From: an uncultured Verrucomicrobiae bacterium
Lineage (GTDB): Bacteria; Verrucomicrobiota; Verrucomicrobiia; Chthoniobacterales; JAATET01
DNA length: 64,000 bases
Assembly (NCBI GenBank): GCA_963719495.1
Contig: CAVRCI010000002.1
Coordinates: forward strand, 256,001-320,000
Direction of reading: 5' to 3'
Both the position numbers and the translations under genes were made by a program. The notes beneath the pieces are model-generated. The model did not search any database, had not been told where the DNA came from, and saw nothing but the letters and a program-made list of their open reading frames with translations. Positions 47,931-56,542 of the stretch are shown one piece after another. The stretch's first letter is position 1. Every line of letters starts with the position of its first letter.

Positions 47931-48833
47931 TCAAGCCCGCGGGTGCGACTTTGCGTACGCCTGTTTGAGGCGTTCGGTCGACACGTGGGTGTAAATCTGC
48001 GTCGTCGACAGGCTGGCGTGGCCCAGGAGCGTCTGCAGGCTGCGGAGGTCGGCTCCGTTGTCGAGGAGGTGGGTGGCGAAGCTGTGACGGAGTTTATGGG
48101 GGCTCAGGGTCGCCGGTAGCCCCGTCTGGAGGAGGTATTTCTTCATCATCGCCCAGATCGAGCGGGCCGAGAGGCGGCGGCGGGATTTGTTGATGAAGAG
48201 CGGGCCGGCCTTGACGCCCGCCTTCTGCCGATAGGTCGATATGGCCGTGAGGGCCGGACCACCCACCGGGCAGACGCGTTCCTTCGAGCCCTTGCCGATC
48301 ACCCGGAGTGTTTCGGAGTAGGGGTCGACGTCGGCGACGTCGAGATCGGCGAGTTCCGAGAGGCGGAGGCCGCACGAATAAAAGAGCTCGAGGATCGCGG
48401 CGTCCCGCGAGGCGACCCACGGGGGTGCCTGTTTCTCGCGGGGAGCCGATTGCGGCGCGGCGAGAAGCTGGTCGACCTGCTGAAGCGTCAAAAAAGACGG
48501 GAGCGTCTTTTCCGGTTTTGGCAGAACAACCACCTTCAATGGGTTTGCGGCGAGGTTTTTACGTTCGACTAGGAACTTGTAGAAAGTTCGTAACGCCGCG
48601 AACGTGAGCCGGACCGTGGAACGAGCCAAGCCGCGCTTCGAGAGATCGAAAAGGAAGGCTCGGAAGTCCTCTGGCCGGGCGGCCACCCAGGTCACGGCGG
48701 GCCGGAAGCGGCGAAATTCCGCCAAGGCATGGCGGTAGGCGATGAGCGTGCGGGGCGACGAATTCCGTTCACCTTCCAGGAACACGAAGAAGGCGTCGAC
48801 CAATTGGTCGCGGTTCTTGCGGGGAGACGGCAT
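47931..48833 (-). CDS. xerC: Tyrosine recombinase XerC/XerD family
   Basis: RDAAILELFYSCGLRLSEL, GKGSKER, HKLRHSFATHLL, LGHASLSTTQIYTH. Confidence 0.88.
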   Translation of the reverse strand: MPSPRKNRDQLVDAFFVFLEGERNSSPRTLIAYRHALAEFRRFRPAVTWVAARPEDFRAFLFDLSKRGLARSTVRLTFAALRTFYKFLVERKNLAANPLKVVVLPKPEKTLPSFLTLQQVDQLLAAPQSAPREKQAPPWVASRDAAILELFYSCGLRLSELADLDVADVDPYSETLRVIGKGSKERVCPVGGPALTAISTYRQKAGVKAGPLFINKSRRRLSARSIWAMMKKYLLQTGLPATLSPHKLRHSFATHLLDNGADLRSLQTLLGHASLSTTQIYTHVSTERLKQAYAKSHPRA

Positions 48834-48878
48834 GGCGGAAGGAGTCGCGGAGCACGCCCCGCAGCTGGTCTCGGCCGA

Positions 48879-50399
48879 CTAGAGCTTCCCCATCGGATTC
48901 GGAAAGGGCGGCTGGGCCGTGTCCGTGACGTGACCGGTCTTCTTCGTGTCGCGGGAGAAGCTGAGGATCGCCGAGCGTGTCTCCTCCCCATCCGGCGAGC
49001 GGGCGACGATCGGAATCTCGTAGGAATCGTTCGGAAAAACGAAGTGGTAGCGGAAGGTGCCCTCCGGGGTGAGGAGGATCTCCTCGCCGTTGATCGTGAC
49101 GGTTGCCCGCGGGTCCGTGCCGCCGTAGAAGATGACCTCCGCGTTCACGTTCATGTGAAAATCGCGGCCGGACGCCGGAGAGCTGAAGGAGGAAAGCTCC
49201 TCCGAGCCGCCGAGTCCCCAACTGGTGGTCCCCGAGCCGCCCCAGCTCGATCCAAATTGCTCCGTCCAGCTCGATTCTCCGCCGGGACCCCAACTGGAGG
49301 TTGCGGCCTCGGCCCAGCTCGACTGCACGCCCTGCAGCCAGCTGCTGAGCGTATTCGGAAAGCCGCTCGACTCGGCGGCCCCGAGCCAACTCGAGATGCC
49401 TTCCAGCGACCAGCTCGACGGTCCACTCGCACCGGACCAGCCGGAGGCGGATGAGAGATTGTCGAAACTGCTTCCGCCGCCCAACGCGTGGGTCCAACTC
49501 TGCGTCGCCGCCCGCAGCCAGCTGGAAACTTCCTCCGGCGACCACGATGAGAACGTCGCGAGCAGCTCGCTGGCAAAGGCACCCGACGAGAGCGATCCCG
49601 AAGCGAGACCACCGCTGGAGACGTCTCCGGACCAGGCGCCGCCGGACGACCCGCCTCGGAACGAAGCGAGGGCCTCCGATCCCATCCGGTCGGTCAGCAA
49701 TGACTGGAGGCGGGAGTGCAATTCTTCGGAGCCGAGGGGGGAACTGGAAAGCTCGGCGAGCAATGCCGGACCCGCGAGAGCGGCGAGGAGCGCCAGTGGA
49801 TCGAGGTCCGCCAAGGCGGTGTCCCCGGGCAGGCCGAACATGGAGAAATCGCCCTCGCGCTGCATGCGCGCAACGGTCTCGACGGGGTTCTCGGCGAGCT
49901 GAGCAGCCGCGCCCAGATTGTCGATGAGACGTTGGAAACCCAGGTGAAACGGGACGGTCGCGAACGCGAAATCGTACGACTGGGACATTCCTTCCTGGGG
50001 AGTCCTCACGGTGACCGAGCGGGCAATGCTCTTCCAATCGCTCCCTCGGTAGAAGCCGATCTCGACGCTGTATTCCGAGCCGGCGTGACTGACCGGGATG
50101 TACCAATTGCGGGTCTCGAACGGCACCTCGACCTCACCTTCGAACTCGTCGGGGCCTCGAAAATAGCGCAGCAGGGCGGGTCCGCCCGGGTGGTGGGCAA
50201 TGTCGATGTCCCAGTAACAGAAAAGCCAATGCGGCTCCTGGGCGATCAGGAAGATCGTGTCATCGTCGTAGCGGCGGGGAAGTTCGCCGAGGTTTTCGAA
50301 TTCGGAACCATCCGGGATTGCCGCCGCAGGAGAGTCGAGGGCGACGTCGACGTCAGCTCCCCGGGGATTTTGGGCGGTGTTCTCGGATTGCTTGGCCAT
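48879..50399 (-). CDS. DUF4912-domain protein with Ser/Trp-rich low-complexity linker
   Basis: LPRRY....LIAQEPHWLFCYWD...NWYI...Y.VEIG...IARS..V.TP; C-terminal NAEVIFYGGTDP.A.VTING. Confidence 0.85.
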   Translation of the reverse strand: MAKQSENTAQNPRGADVDVALDSPAAAIPDGSEFENLGELPRRYDDDTIFLIAQEPHWLFCYWDIDIAHHPGGPALLRYFRGPDEFEGEVEVPFETRNWYIPVSHAGSEYSVEIGFYRGSDWKSIARSVTVRTPQEGMSQSYDFAFATVPFHLGFQRLIDNLGAAAQLAENPVETVARMQREGDFSMFGLPGDTALADLDPLALLAALAGPALLAELSSSPLGSEELHSRLQSLLTDRMGSEALASFRGGSSGGAWSGDVSSGGLASGSLSSGAFASELLATFSSWSPEEVSSWLRAATQSWTHALGGGSSFDNLSSASGWSGASGPSSWSLEGISSWLGAAESSGFPNTLSSWLQGVQSSWAEAATSSWGPGGESSWTEQFGSSWGGSGTTSWGLGGSEELSSFSSPASGRDFHMNVNAEVIFYGGTDPRATVTINGEEILLTPEGTFRYHFVFPNDSYEIPIVARSPDGEETRSAILSFSRDTKKTGHVTDTAQPPFPNPMGKL

Positions 50400-50580
50400 G
50401 ATTACTTGGTGATTTTCCGCTGCGTGTTGTTTCGTTACCAGCTGGGCACGAGCGATTTTCAACTTCCGGCCCGACAAAATGCATCCCGAGCGTCCCACGA
50501 CAATGCAAAAGTCGTGCCAGCTGGATAAATTTTCACAGGTCCCCTTGAAAAGCGGGGATGACCTCCTACCTTTTCATCCC

Positions 50581-52074
50581 ATGAAGCAGAACTCTCGCAT
50601 TGTTTCCCTGGGATCGGTCGCGGCCTTCGCGCTGGTCTGCGGTCCGGCTCAGTCCCAGATGCCGACGGCTCCCGCCCCGACGACGGGTGTGCCGCCCGGC
50701 GCTGTCGCGACGGCCCCGGCCTCGGTGAACCTCGCCAAGGGCCTCAGCGACGCCTTTGCGGATGTTTACGAGAAGGTGTCGCCGGGCGTGGTCGTGATCG
50801 AAGTCGCCGCCGAACGGCAACCTTCGGCGCAAGCGTCGGCCCTGCAGTTTTTCTTTCAAAATCAGGGTGGGTTCGATCAGCTTCCGCAAAATTATCCGCC
50901 GCAGATGAATCAGGGGTCCGGATTCATCATCACGAAGGACGGCTACATTCTCACGAACAACCACGTCTTGGGGGAAGGTGAGCCGGGGGAGATCAAGGTT
51001 ACGTTGCGGGATGGGCGGACGTTCGACGCGCAAATGATCGGAATGGACCCGGCGTCTGATCTGGCAGTGCTCAAGATCGAGGGTTCGAATCTGACGCCGG
51101 TCGAACTTGCGGATAGCGACAAGGTGCGGGTGGGCGAGTTTGCGTTTGCGCTCGGGGCACCCTACGACCTGCGGTATTCTTTCACGTTCGGCATCATCGG
51201 TGCCTTGGGGCGGACCGGGCTCACGGGTGGCCAGGATTACGAAGAATTCATCCAGACCGACGCGTCGATCAATCCCGGTAACAGCGGCGGGCCACTCGTC
51301 GACATCGACGGCCGGGTCGTCGGGGTGAACACCCTGATCAACGGCATCAATCGCGGACTGGGCTTCGCGATTCCGATCAATCTCGCGAAGGAAATCTCGT
51401 CCCAGCTCATCACGAACGGGCGGTTCATCCGTCCCTGGCTCGGCATCGGGATCCGGACGTTGGTCCGCGAGGAGGTTCAGCCGGGGGAATTCGGAGACCT
51501 CGAGAGTGGCGTGATCGTCATGCAGGTGCTGCCCTTGGGGCCATCGGCCCGGGCCGACCTGCGCCCGGCCGACGTGATCGTCACGGTCAACAAGACGACG
51601 GTCGAGACGGCGTCCGACCTCCAACGTGAAATTCTCAAACAGGAGGTCGGGCAGACCGTCGACCTCGAAGTGTGGCGGGATGGCCGGGTGGTCGAAGTGA
51701 ACGTGCAGACCGCCGAGCGCACGGATGGCCTCATGCGCGCGGCCAACTCATCGGGGCCGTTCAACGCCCCGCGACCGTTGATGCCATCCGTGCCGGATAC
51801 GACGGCGGGGCTCAAGGTCAAAACCCTCACCCCCGATCTGGCGATCGCGATGAAGGTGCAGTCGGAGCAGGGTGTGCTCGTCACGGAGGTGGCTCCCGGG
51901 AGTCCGGCGGACCTCGCGCGAATCGAGTCGGGCGACGTGATCACGTCGGTCGGGGCCGACCTCGTTCGCAACACGGACGAACTCGAGCGCGCGATTGAAA
52001 TCAACCGCGGCCGGGGTGTGACGCTCAAAATCAACCGAGGCGACAAGAAGACGTTTGCGATCCTCAAGCCGTAG
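50581..52074 (+). CDS. DegP/HtrA serine protease with two PDZ domains
   Basis: GSGFII, LTNNHV, DLAVLK, QTDASINPGNSGGPL, two PDZ domains. Confidence 0.96.
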   Translation: MKQNSRIVSLGSVAAFALVCGPAQSQMPTAPAPTTGVPPGAVATAPASVNLAKGLSDAFADVYEKVSPGVVVIEVAAERQPSAQASALQFFFQNQGGFDQLPQNYPPQMNQGSGFIITKDGYILTNNHVLGEGEPGEIKVTLRDGRTFDAQMIGMDPASDLAVLKIEGSNLTPVELADSDKVRVGEFAFALGAPYDLRYSFTFGIIGALGRTGLTGGQDYEEFIQTDASINPGNSGGPLVDIDGRVVGVNTLINGINRGLGFAIPINLAKEISSQLITNGRFIRPWLGIGIRTLVREEVQPGEFGDLESGVIVMQVLPLGPSARADLRPADVIVTVNKTTVETASDLQREILKQEVGQTVDLEVWRDGRVVEVNVQTAERTDGLMRAANSSGPFNAPRPLMPSVPDTTAGLKVKTLTPDLAIAMKVQSEQGVLVTEVAPGSPADLARIESGDVITSVGADLVRNTDELERAIEINRGRGVTLKINRGDKKTFAILKP

Positions 52075-52215
52075 ATTCATCGTTCGGTAGCCGACTCGCT
52101 GCGCGAGACGTCACGTGGAATTGTGCGTTCCACCGAAATGCGGGCTTCGAACGGGTGCTGAATGCACGGCTTTGGTTGCTGTGCCGTTCGCTCCCGGGTG
52201 CCCCGCGTCCAAACC

Positions 52216-52357
52216 CTCTCATTCTGAACGTAGTGAAGAGCCCTCGACCGCCTTTCACCTCTGGATTGCCAGTCGGAAAGGCAATCTCTGACTTACACCG
52301 CATCCCGCCCCGCCTGCCTGAGAAGCCAGAGATATTTCGCTTCGCTCAATATGACAG
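52216..52357 (-). repeat. REP/MITE-like element family A, long variant (copy 3, inverted)
   Basis: Reverse complement carries the same arms and the insert GATTGCCTTTCCGACTGGCAATC...GTGAAAGGCGGTC. Confidence 0.87.
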
Positions 52358-52543
52358 CGGGGGTTGGAAGGAAGTGCGGGAGCGCGTTTTGTGGAGGAAC
52401 CGCGGTAACGCTGCTTGATATCGCGCAGTCTCTCCCCGGAATTTTTTCGCAAATCTGATCGCGGACCGGCTTCATCATTCGAACCTGTTTCGCAACGGTC
52501 GGGCTGGTCAGCCCCGTGACGTTTTGAATAGGGTCGGTGGGTA

Positions 52544-53170
52544 GTGAATCGGTTGTTGGTCGAGATTGGACGGAGTCAGCGGGTGGTCATCGTCCACGAG
52601 CTGAAGCGCTCGCAGGGATTGCCGGTCAAGGAACTCGCGCGGCGGCTCAAGATGAGCTACATGGGGATCAAGCAGCACTGCCTCGATCTCGAGCGTGACG
52701 GGTATCTCGACACGTGGCGGAATCCGCGACCGATCGGCCGCCCCGAAATGCTTTATCGGTTGACCCGAAAGGCGGACGAACTCTTTCCCACCGAATCGAA
52801 CGCGCTTTCGCTGCAGCTACTCGATTCGGCCAGGCAGCTCTTTGGACCGACCGCGCCATCGAAGCTGCTTTTGTTGTATTTCCGGCGAAAGGCGGACGAT
52901 TATTTGACCAAGGTCAAGGGAGAGGATGTCGAGGCGCGCGCAAAGTGGCTCGTGCGGCTGCGGGATCGTGAGGGTTGCATGGCGACTTTGGAGACGGCTC
53001 CAGGTCTGGCGATCATCGAGAGACACAGCCCGATTGCGGAGCTGTTGGCCACGTATCCCGAAACTGCGAAGCTGGAGCAGGATCTTGTTAGCAAGGTTTT
53101 GGGAGCAGGCGTTCGGCGCGAGACTCGGAGTGCGAGCGGGCTCTACGAGTGTCGATTCGTGCTCGGGTGA
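52544..53170 (+). CDS. Winged-helix transcriptional regulator, SufR-like architecture
   Basis: ELARRLKMSYMGIKQHCLDLERDG, GRPEMLYRLT..A..LFP. Confidence 0.85.
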   Translation: MNRLLVEIGRSQRVVIVHELKRSQGLPVKELARRLKMSYMGIKQHCLDLERDGYLDTWRNPRPIGRPEMLYRLTRKADELFPTESNALSLQLLDSARQLFGPTAPSKLLLLYFRRKADDYLTKVKGEDVEARAKWLVRLRDREGCMATLETAPGLAIIERHSPIAELLATYPETAKLEQDLVSKVLGAGVRRETRSASGLYECRFVLG

Positions 53171-53220
53171 GTGGGAGGAGGCTCGTCAGCGGGCGTCGAA
53201 TTCATCGCCGAAGCGGATCC

Positions 53221-53385
53221 ATCCAAACCCGGAGGGCGAGGCTCCCGCCGAGCCTTGATTGACGCACGGCACCCGCACGGAATCGAGCAGTTTCAAAGTA
53301 ACTGGCGACCTCGGCAAGAGGCGAAGAAAGCGGGGCGAGGACGTCTCGTCCTCGGAGTTTGGATCAGGAGGGCGGGACGCCCTCC
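53221..53385. repeat. Cluster of imperfect palindromic REP-like sequences between convergent genes
   Basis: ATCCAAACCCGGAGGGCGAGGCTCCCGCC is roughly inverted to GGCGAGGACGTCTCGTCCTCGGAGTTTGGAT; also GGAGGGCGGGACGCCCTCC. Confidence 0.65.
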
Positions 53386-53573
53386 CCCCGCTTGCTGGAT
53401 CGAATCGACCAATCAATTTGGCGCTCCAGCAGACGAATTTAAGGGGAAAACCACGGTTCGGCAGGCGCCTCACCCTCCAATTCTAAAGGCCGTTTCGTCT
53501 CGAATGGCCGGCAATGCCGGATTAGTTTGGTTCGGCAATTGCAAATCGCCGCTCCTCGAAGGTCTGTCCGGGG

Positions 53574-53765
53574 CTACTCCTGGAAATACGTGGGTGGGGT
53601 TGTCGCGGTGGCTTCCGGCTCTTCGCCGGCCTGGACCTCTGCGTCGTGCTTCCCTTGGTCGTAGTTTTTGACGGTGGTCTCGGCCTTCTGCATTTCGCAG
53701 GCGGGCGTGAGGGTCAGAAGCGCGGCGGCACCGAAGCTGGTGACGAGGATGCGGGCGATTTTCAT
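53574..53765 (-). CDS. Small lipoprotein
   Basis: MKIARIL...LTLTPAC lipobox-like; ATGA overlap with the khpA stop. Confidence 0.7.
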   Translation of the reverse strand: MKIARILVTSFGAAALLTLTPACEMQKAETTVKNYDQGKHDAEVQAGEEPEATATTPPTYFQE

Positions 53766-53992
53766 TCGGTGATTTCGAGTCCGACTTTGAGGTCTTTCTT
53801 CTGTCCGGAGGCGCGGAGGAGGGTGCGGAGGGCCTGAATGGTGTGGCCGCCCTTGCCGACGACCGTGGCGATGTCGGATTGCCGCATCGCGAGGTGGTAG
53901 GTGACCTCGCCGGGTTGCTCGTCCTTGGTGATCACGACGTCGGCCGGGAACTCGACCAGCTGGGCGAGGACGTATTTGAGGAATTCTTCCAT
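53762..53992 (-). CDS. khpA: KH-domain RNA-binding protein KhpA
   Basis: LV..P..V.I, DIATVVGKGGHTIQALRTLL; downstream of rpsP. Confidence 0.92.
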   Translation of the reverse strand: MEEFLKYVLAQLVEFPADVVITKDEQPGEVTYHLAMRQSDIATVVGKGGHTIQALRTLLRASGQKKDLKVGLEITE

Positions 53993-54056
53993 CTCGGGCC
54001 GGTCGGATTGCGGGGTGGCGGGGCGTCGTTACCTCCGCTTTTCCGTGTCTAGTCGC

Positions 54057-54311
54057 TTAGGCGGCGACTTCGGTCTGTTTGCGGGCTTTGTTGATGATGT
54101 TGCCGACGGTCGGCGACGGGCGGGCGCCGACGCTGGTCCAGTAGTCGGCGCGATCGAGGGCGATCTTGTAGTTCTCGCCTTCCTTCTTGGGATCGTAGGT
54201 GCCGATGATTTCGATGAAACGTCCGTCGCGGGGCTTGCGCTGATCGGCGACGACGATCTTGTAAAACGGGTGATTGCGGGCGCCTTCGCGCTTGAGTCGG
54301 ATGACTACCAT
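54057..54311 (-). CDS. rpsP: 30S ribosomal protein S16
   Basis: IRLKREG..NHPFYKIVVAD.R.PRDGRFIE.IGTYDP. Confidence 0.98.
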   Translation of the reverse strand: MVVIRLKREGARNHPFYKIVVADQRKPRDGRFIEIIGTYDPKKEGENYKIALDRADYWTSVGARPSPTVGNIINKARKQTEVAA

Positions 54312-54316
54312 GAGGT

Positions 54317-54346
54317 GGTTGTTGGTTGTTGGTTGTTGGTTATTGG
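54317..54346. repeat. Heptamer array GGTTGTT x3 + GGTTATT
   Basis: Direct reading; 5 nt upstream of the rpsP ATG. Confidence 0.88.
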
Positions 54347-54371
54347 AAAAATTCCGAGCGCCTTTGGCGCT

Positions 54372-55712
54372 CTATCTTGGTAGGCCGGGGAGGCCGGATT
54401 TCTGGGCTTGGGCCATCATTTTCTTCATGCCGCCGCCGCTCATCTTTTTCATCATCTTCCTCATTTGGCCGAAGCGCTGGAGGAGGGTGTTGACCTCGGT
54501 GACGGTGACGCCGCTGCCTCGGGCGACCCTTTGGCGGCGCCGGGCGTTGAGTAATTCCGGCCTGGCGCGTTCCTTGGGAGTCATGGAGAGAATGATCGCC
54601 TCCACCCGTTTCATCTGGCCCTCGTCAATCGAGGAATCGGGAAGCTTACCCATGCCGGGGATCATGCCAAGTAGATTCTCCAAGGGGCCCATGCGTTTGA
54701 GCATCTTGAATTGCTGGAGAAAGTCCTCGAGGTCGAACGTGGCCGTCTTCAGTTTGCGTTCGAGGCGGGCGGCGTCCTCCTCGGTGATGGCGCTGGCGGC
54801 CTTTTCGACGAGCGAGACAACGTCGCCCATGCCGAGGATGCGGCTGGCGAGGCGGTCGGGGTGGAAGGGCTCGAATTGATCGAGCTTCTCGCCGTTGCCG
54901 GCAAATTTGATGGGCCGCTGGGTGACGGCGCGGAGCGAGAGGGCGGCACCGCCGCGGGCGTCGCCGTCGAGCTTGGTGAGGATGATGCCGGTGAGGCCGA
55001 GGGCGGCGTGGAAGTGCTCGGCGACGGAGACGGCCTGCTGACCGGTGGCGGCGTCGCAGACGAGGAGGACTTCCTGTGGGTTGAGCAATTCCTTGAGGGC
55101 CTTGATTTCGGCGATAAGCGGTTCGTCGATTTCCTGGCGTCCGGCGGTGTCGAAGATCTGGACGTTGCCGCCATTTTCGGTGCCCCAGGCGAGGGCGCGT
55201 TTGGCGACGGCGAGGACGTCCTTTTCGGCGGGATCGGGGGCGAAGACGGGGACGTCGACCTGGCCGGCGAGGGTGACGAGTTGGTCGATGGCGGCGGGGC
55301 GGACGAGATCGCAGGCTATGAGGTTCGGCGTGCGCCCTTGGGATTTCAGCCAGCGGGCGAGCTTGGCCGAGGACGTGGTCTTGCCGGCACCGTTGAGGCC
55401 GACGACGAGGATGCGGGCGGGCTTGTCGAGGTTGAGCGGTTCGCTGTCGCCGCCGAGCAGGGCGATGAGTTCGTCCTGGAAGATTTTGATGATCTGCTGG
55501 CCGGGCGTGACGCTGCGGGTGACGTCCTCGCCGAGCGCCTTCGTTTTGACACTGGCGATGAAGTCTTTGGCGACCTGGAAGTGGACGTCGGCGTCGAGGA
55601 GGGCGAGGCGCACCTCGCGAAGGGCGGTGTTGATGTTCGTCTCCGTGATGGCGCCCTGGCCACGGAGGTCCTTGAAGACATCCTGGAGTTTGTCGGAGAG
55701 GCGGTTGAACAT
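54372..55712 (-). CDS. ffh: Signal recognition particle protein
   Basis: GLNGAGKTT, DTAGR, TKLDGDARGGAALS, FHPDRLASRILGMGD, M domain. Confidence 0.98.
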   Translation of the reverse strand: MFNRLSDKLQDVFKDLRGQGAITETNINTALREVRLALLDADVHFQVAKDFIASVKTKALGEDVTRSVTPGQQIIKIFQDELIALLGGDSEPLNLDKPARILVVGLNGAGKTTSSAKLARWLKSQGRTPNLIACDLVRPAAIDQLVTLAGQVDVPVFAPDPAEKDVLAVAKRALAWGTENGGNVQIFDTAGRQEIDEPLIAEIKALKELLNPQEVLLVCDAATGQQAVSVAEHFHAALGLTGIILTKLDGDARGGAALSLRAVTQRPIKFAGNGEKLDQFEPFHPDRLASRILGMGDVVSLVEKAASAITEEDAARLERKLKTATFDLEDFLQQFKMLKRMGPLENLLGMIPGMGKLPDSSIDEGQMKRVEAIILSMTPKERARPELLNARRRQRVARGSGVTVTEVNTLLQRFGQMRKMMKKMSGGGMKKMMAQAQKSGLPGLPR

Positions 55713-55714
55713 GG

Positions 55715-55749
55715 GATTTATGATTTATGATTTACCATTGATGATTTGG
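55715..55749. repeat. Degenerate heptamer array GATTTAT
   Basis: GATTTAT GATTTAT GATTTAC CATTGAT GATTTGG; fills the thiS-ffh spacer. Confidence 0.8.
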
Positions 55750-55753
55750 TAGA

Positions 55754-55951
55754 TCAGCCGCCTGCGGCGATTTTGAGGAGTTCGATTCGGTCGCCCTCGG
55801 TGATGGCCATCGTCGGCCACTCGGTGCGGTGGAGCGCTTGGCCGTTGTGCTCGATCAGGAGCGTTTCGGGTGGGTGGGGGAGTTCGTTGGCCAGGGCGGT
55901 GATGGTGGTGGCGCTCGTCTGGTGCGGTTGGCCGTTGAGGTGGACGGTCAC
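55754..55951 (-). CDS. thiS: Sulfur carrier protein ThiS
   Basis: VHLNGQ...IEHNG..L.R.EW....EGDRIELL..AAGG with C-terminal GG. Confidence 0.88.
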   Translation of the reverse strand: MTVHLNGQPHQTSATTITALANELPHPPETLLIEHNGQALHRTEWPTMAITEGDRIELLKIAAGG

Positions 55952-55958
55952 TCGTTTT

Positions 55959-56441
55959 TTAGAATCCCTGCGTGCGGGCGAGGGATTGGAGTTTTTCCTG
56001 GAAGGCCATGACGTCGGCTTCGGTCGGGCGGTAGCCGGGAGTGTCGGCGTTGAGGCCGAGGCGACCCATCTGGTCGAGATACCAACCGGCGCTTTGGCCG
56101 TCGGAGAAGGTGACCTTGCCACTGATCATGGCGTCGGGTCGGGTGATTTGGTCGACCGTGACCGTGACGGCTCCGCCGGAGCCGACGGGTGGGAGAATTT
56201 CGTCGGGGGGGAGGCCGTCGGCTGGAGCGGTGGGGGTGGGCGGCGTGGCGTCCGGAGCCGGTGGGGCGGGCTCTTCCTCGGCCTTGAGGGTGAGTCGGAG
56301 GTCGTCGACGAGGAAGCGGGTCTCCATGTAGGTGGCGGTGATTTCGAATTCCTCGCGGAGGCGGCGTTGCACGTCGGAGAGCGATTCGCCGCTTTCGATC
56401 CAGCTGGCAACGGAGGAGTTTTGGTCGTCGGTAAGAGTCAT
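55959..56441 (-). CDS. Hypothetical protein
   Basis: Two folded-looking halves joined by a Pro/Ala linker; co-oriented in the operon. Confidence 0.75.
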   Translation of the reverse strand: MTLTDDQNSSVASWIESGESLSDVQRRLREEFEITATYMETRFLVDDLRLTLKAEEEPAPPAPDATPPTPTAPADGLPPDEILPPVGSGGAVTVTVDQITRPDAMISGKVTFSDGQSAGWYLDQMGRLGLNADTPGYRPTEADVMAFQEKLQSLARTQGF

Positions 56442-56542
56442 GGAGCCCGCGACCGTCGTCGCATTCGTTTCAAATGTGGAGCGGAAAAATCCAAGCTGAG
56501 TTTTCGGCTTTTCGTTTTTCGTTTTCGGTTTTGACTCCGGGG

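Noticed and set aside
53171..53570. SRP RNA or other known ncRNA near ffh
   Set aside because: No SRP domain IV or other Rfam-like motif was recognisable by eye; palindromic repeats explain the structure.
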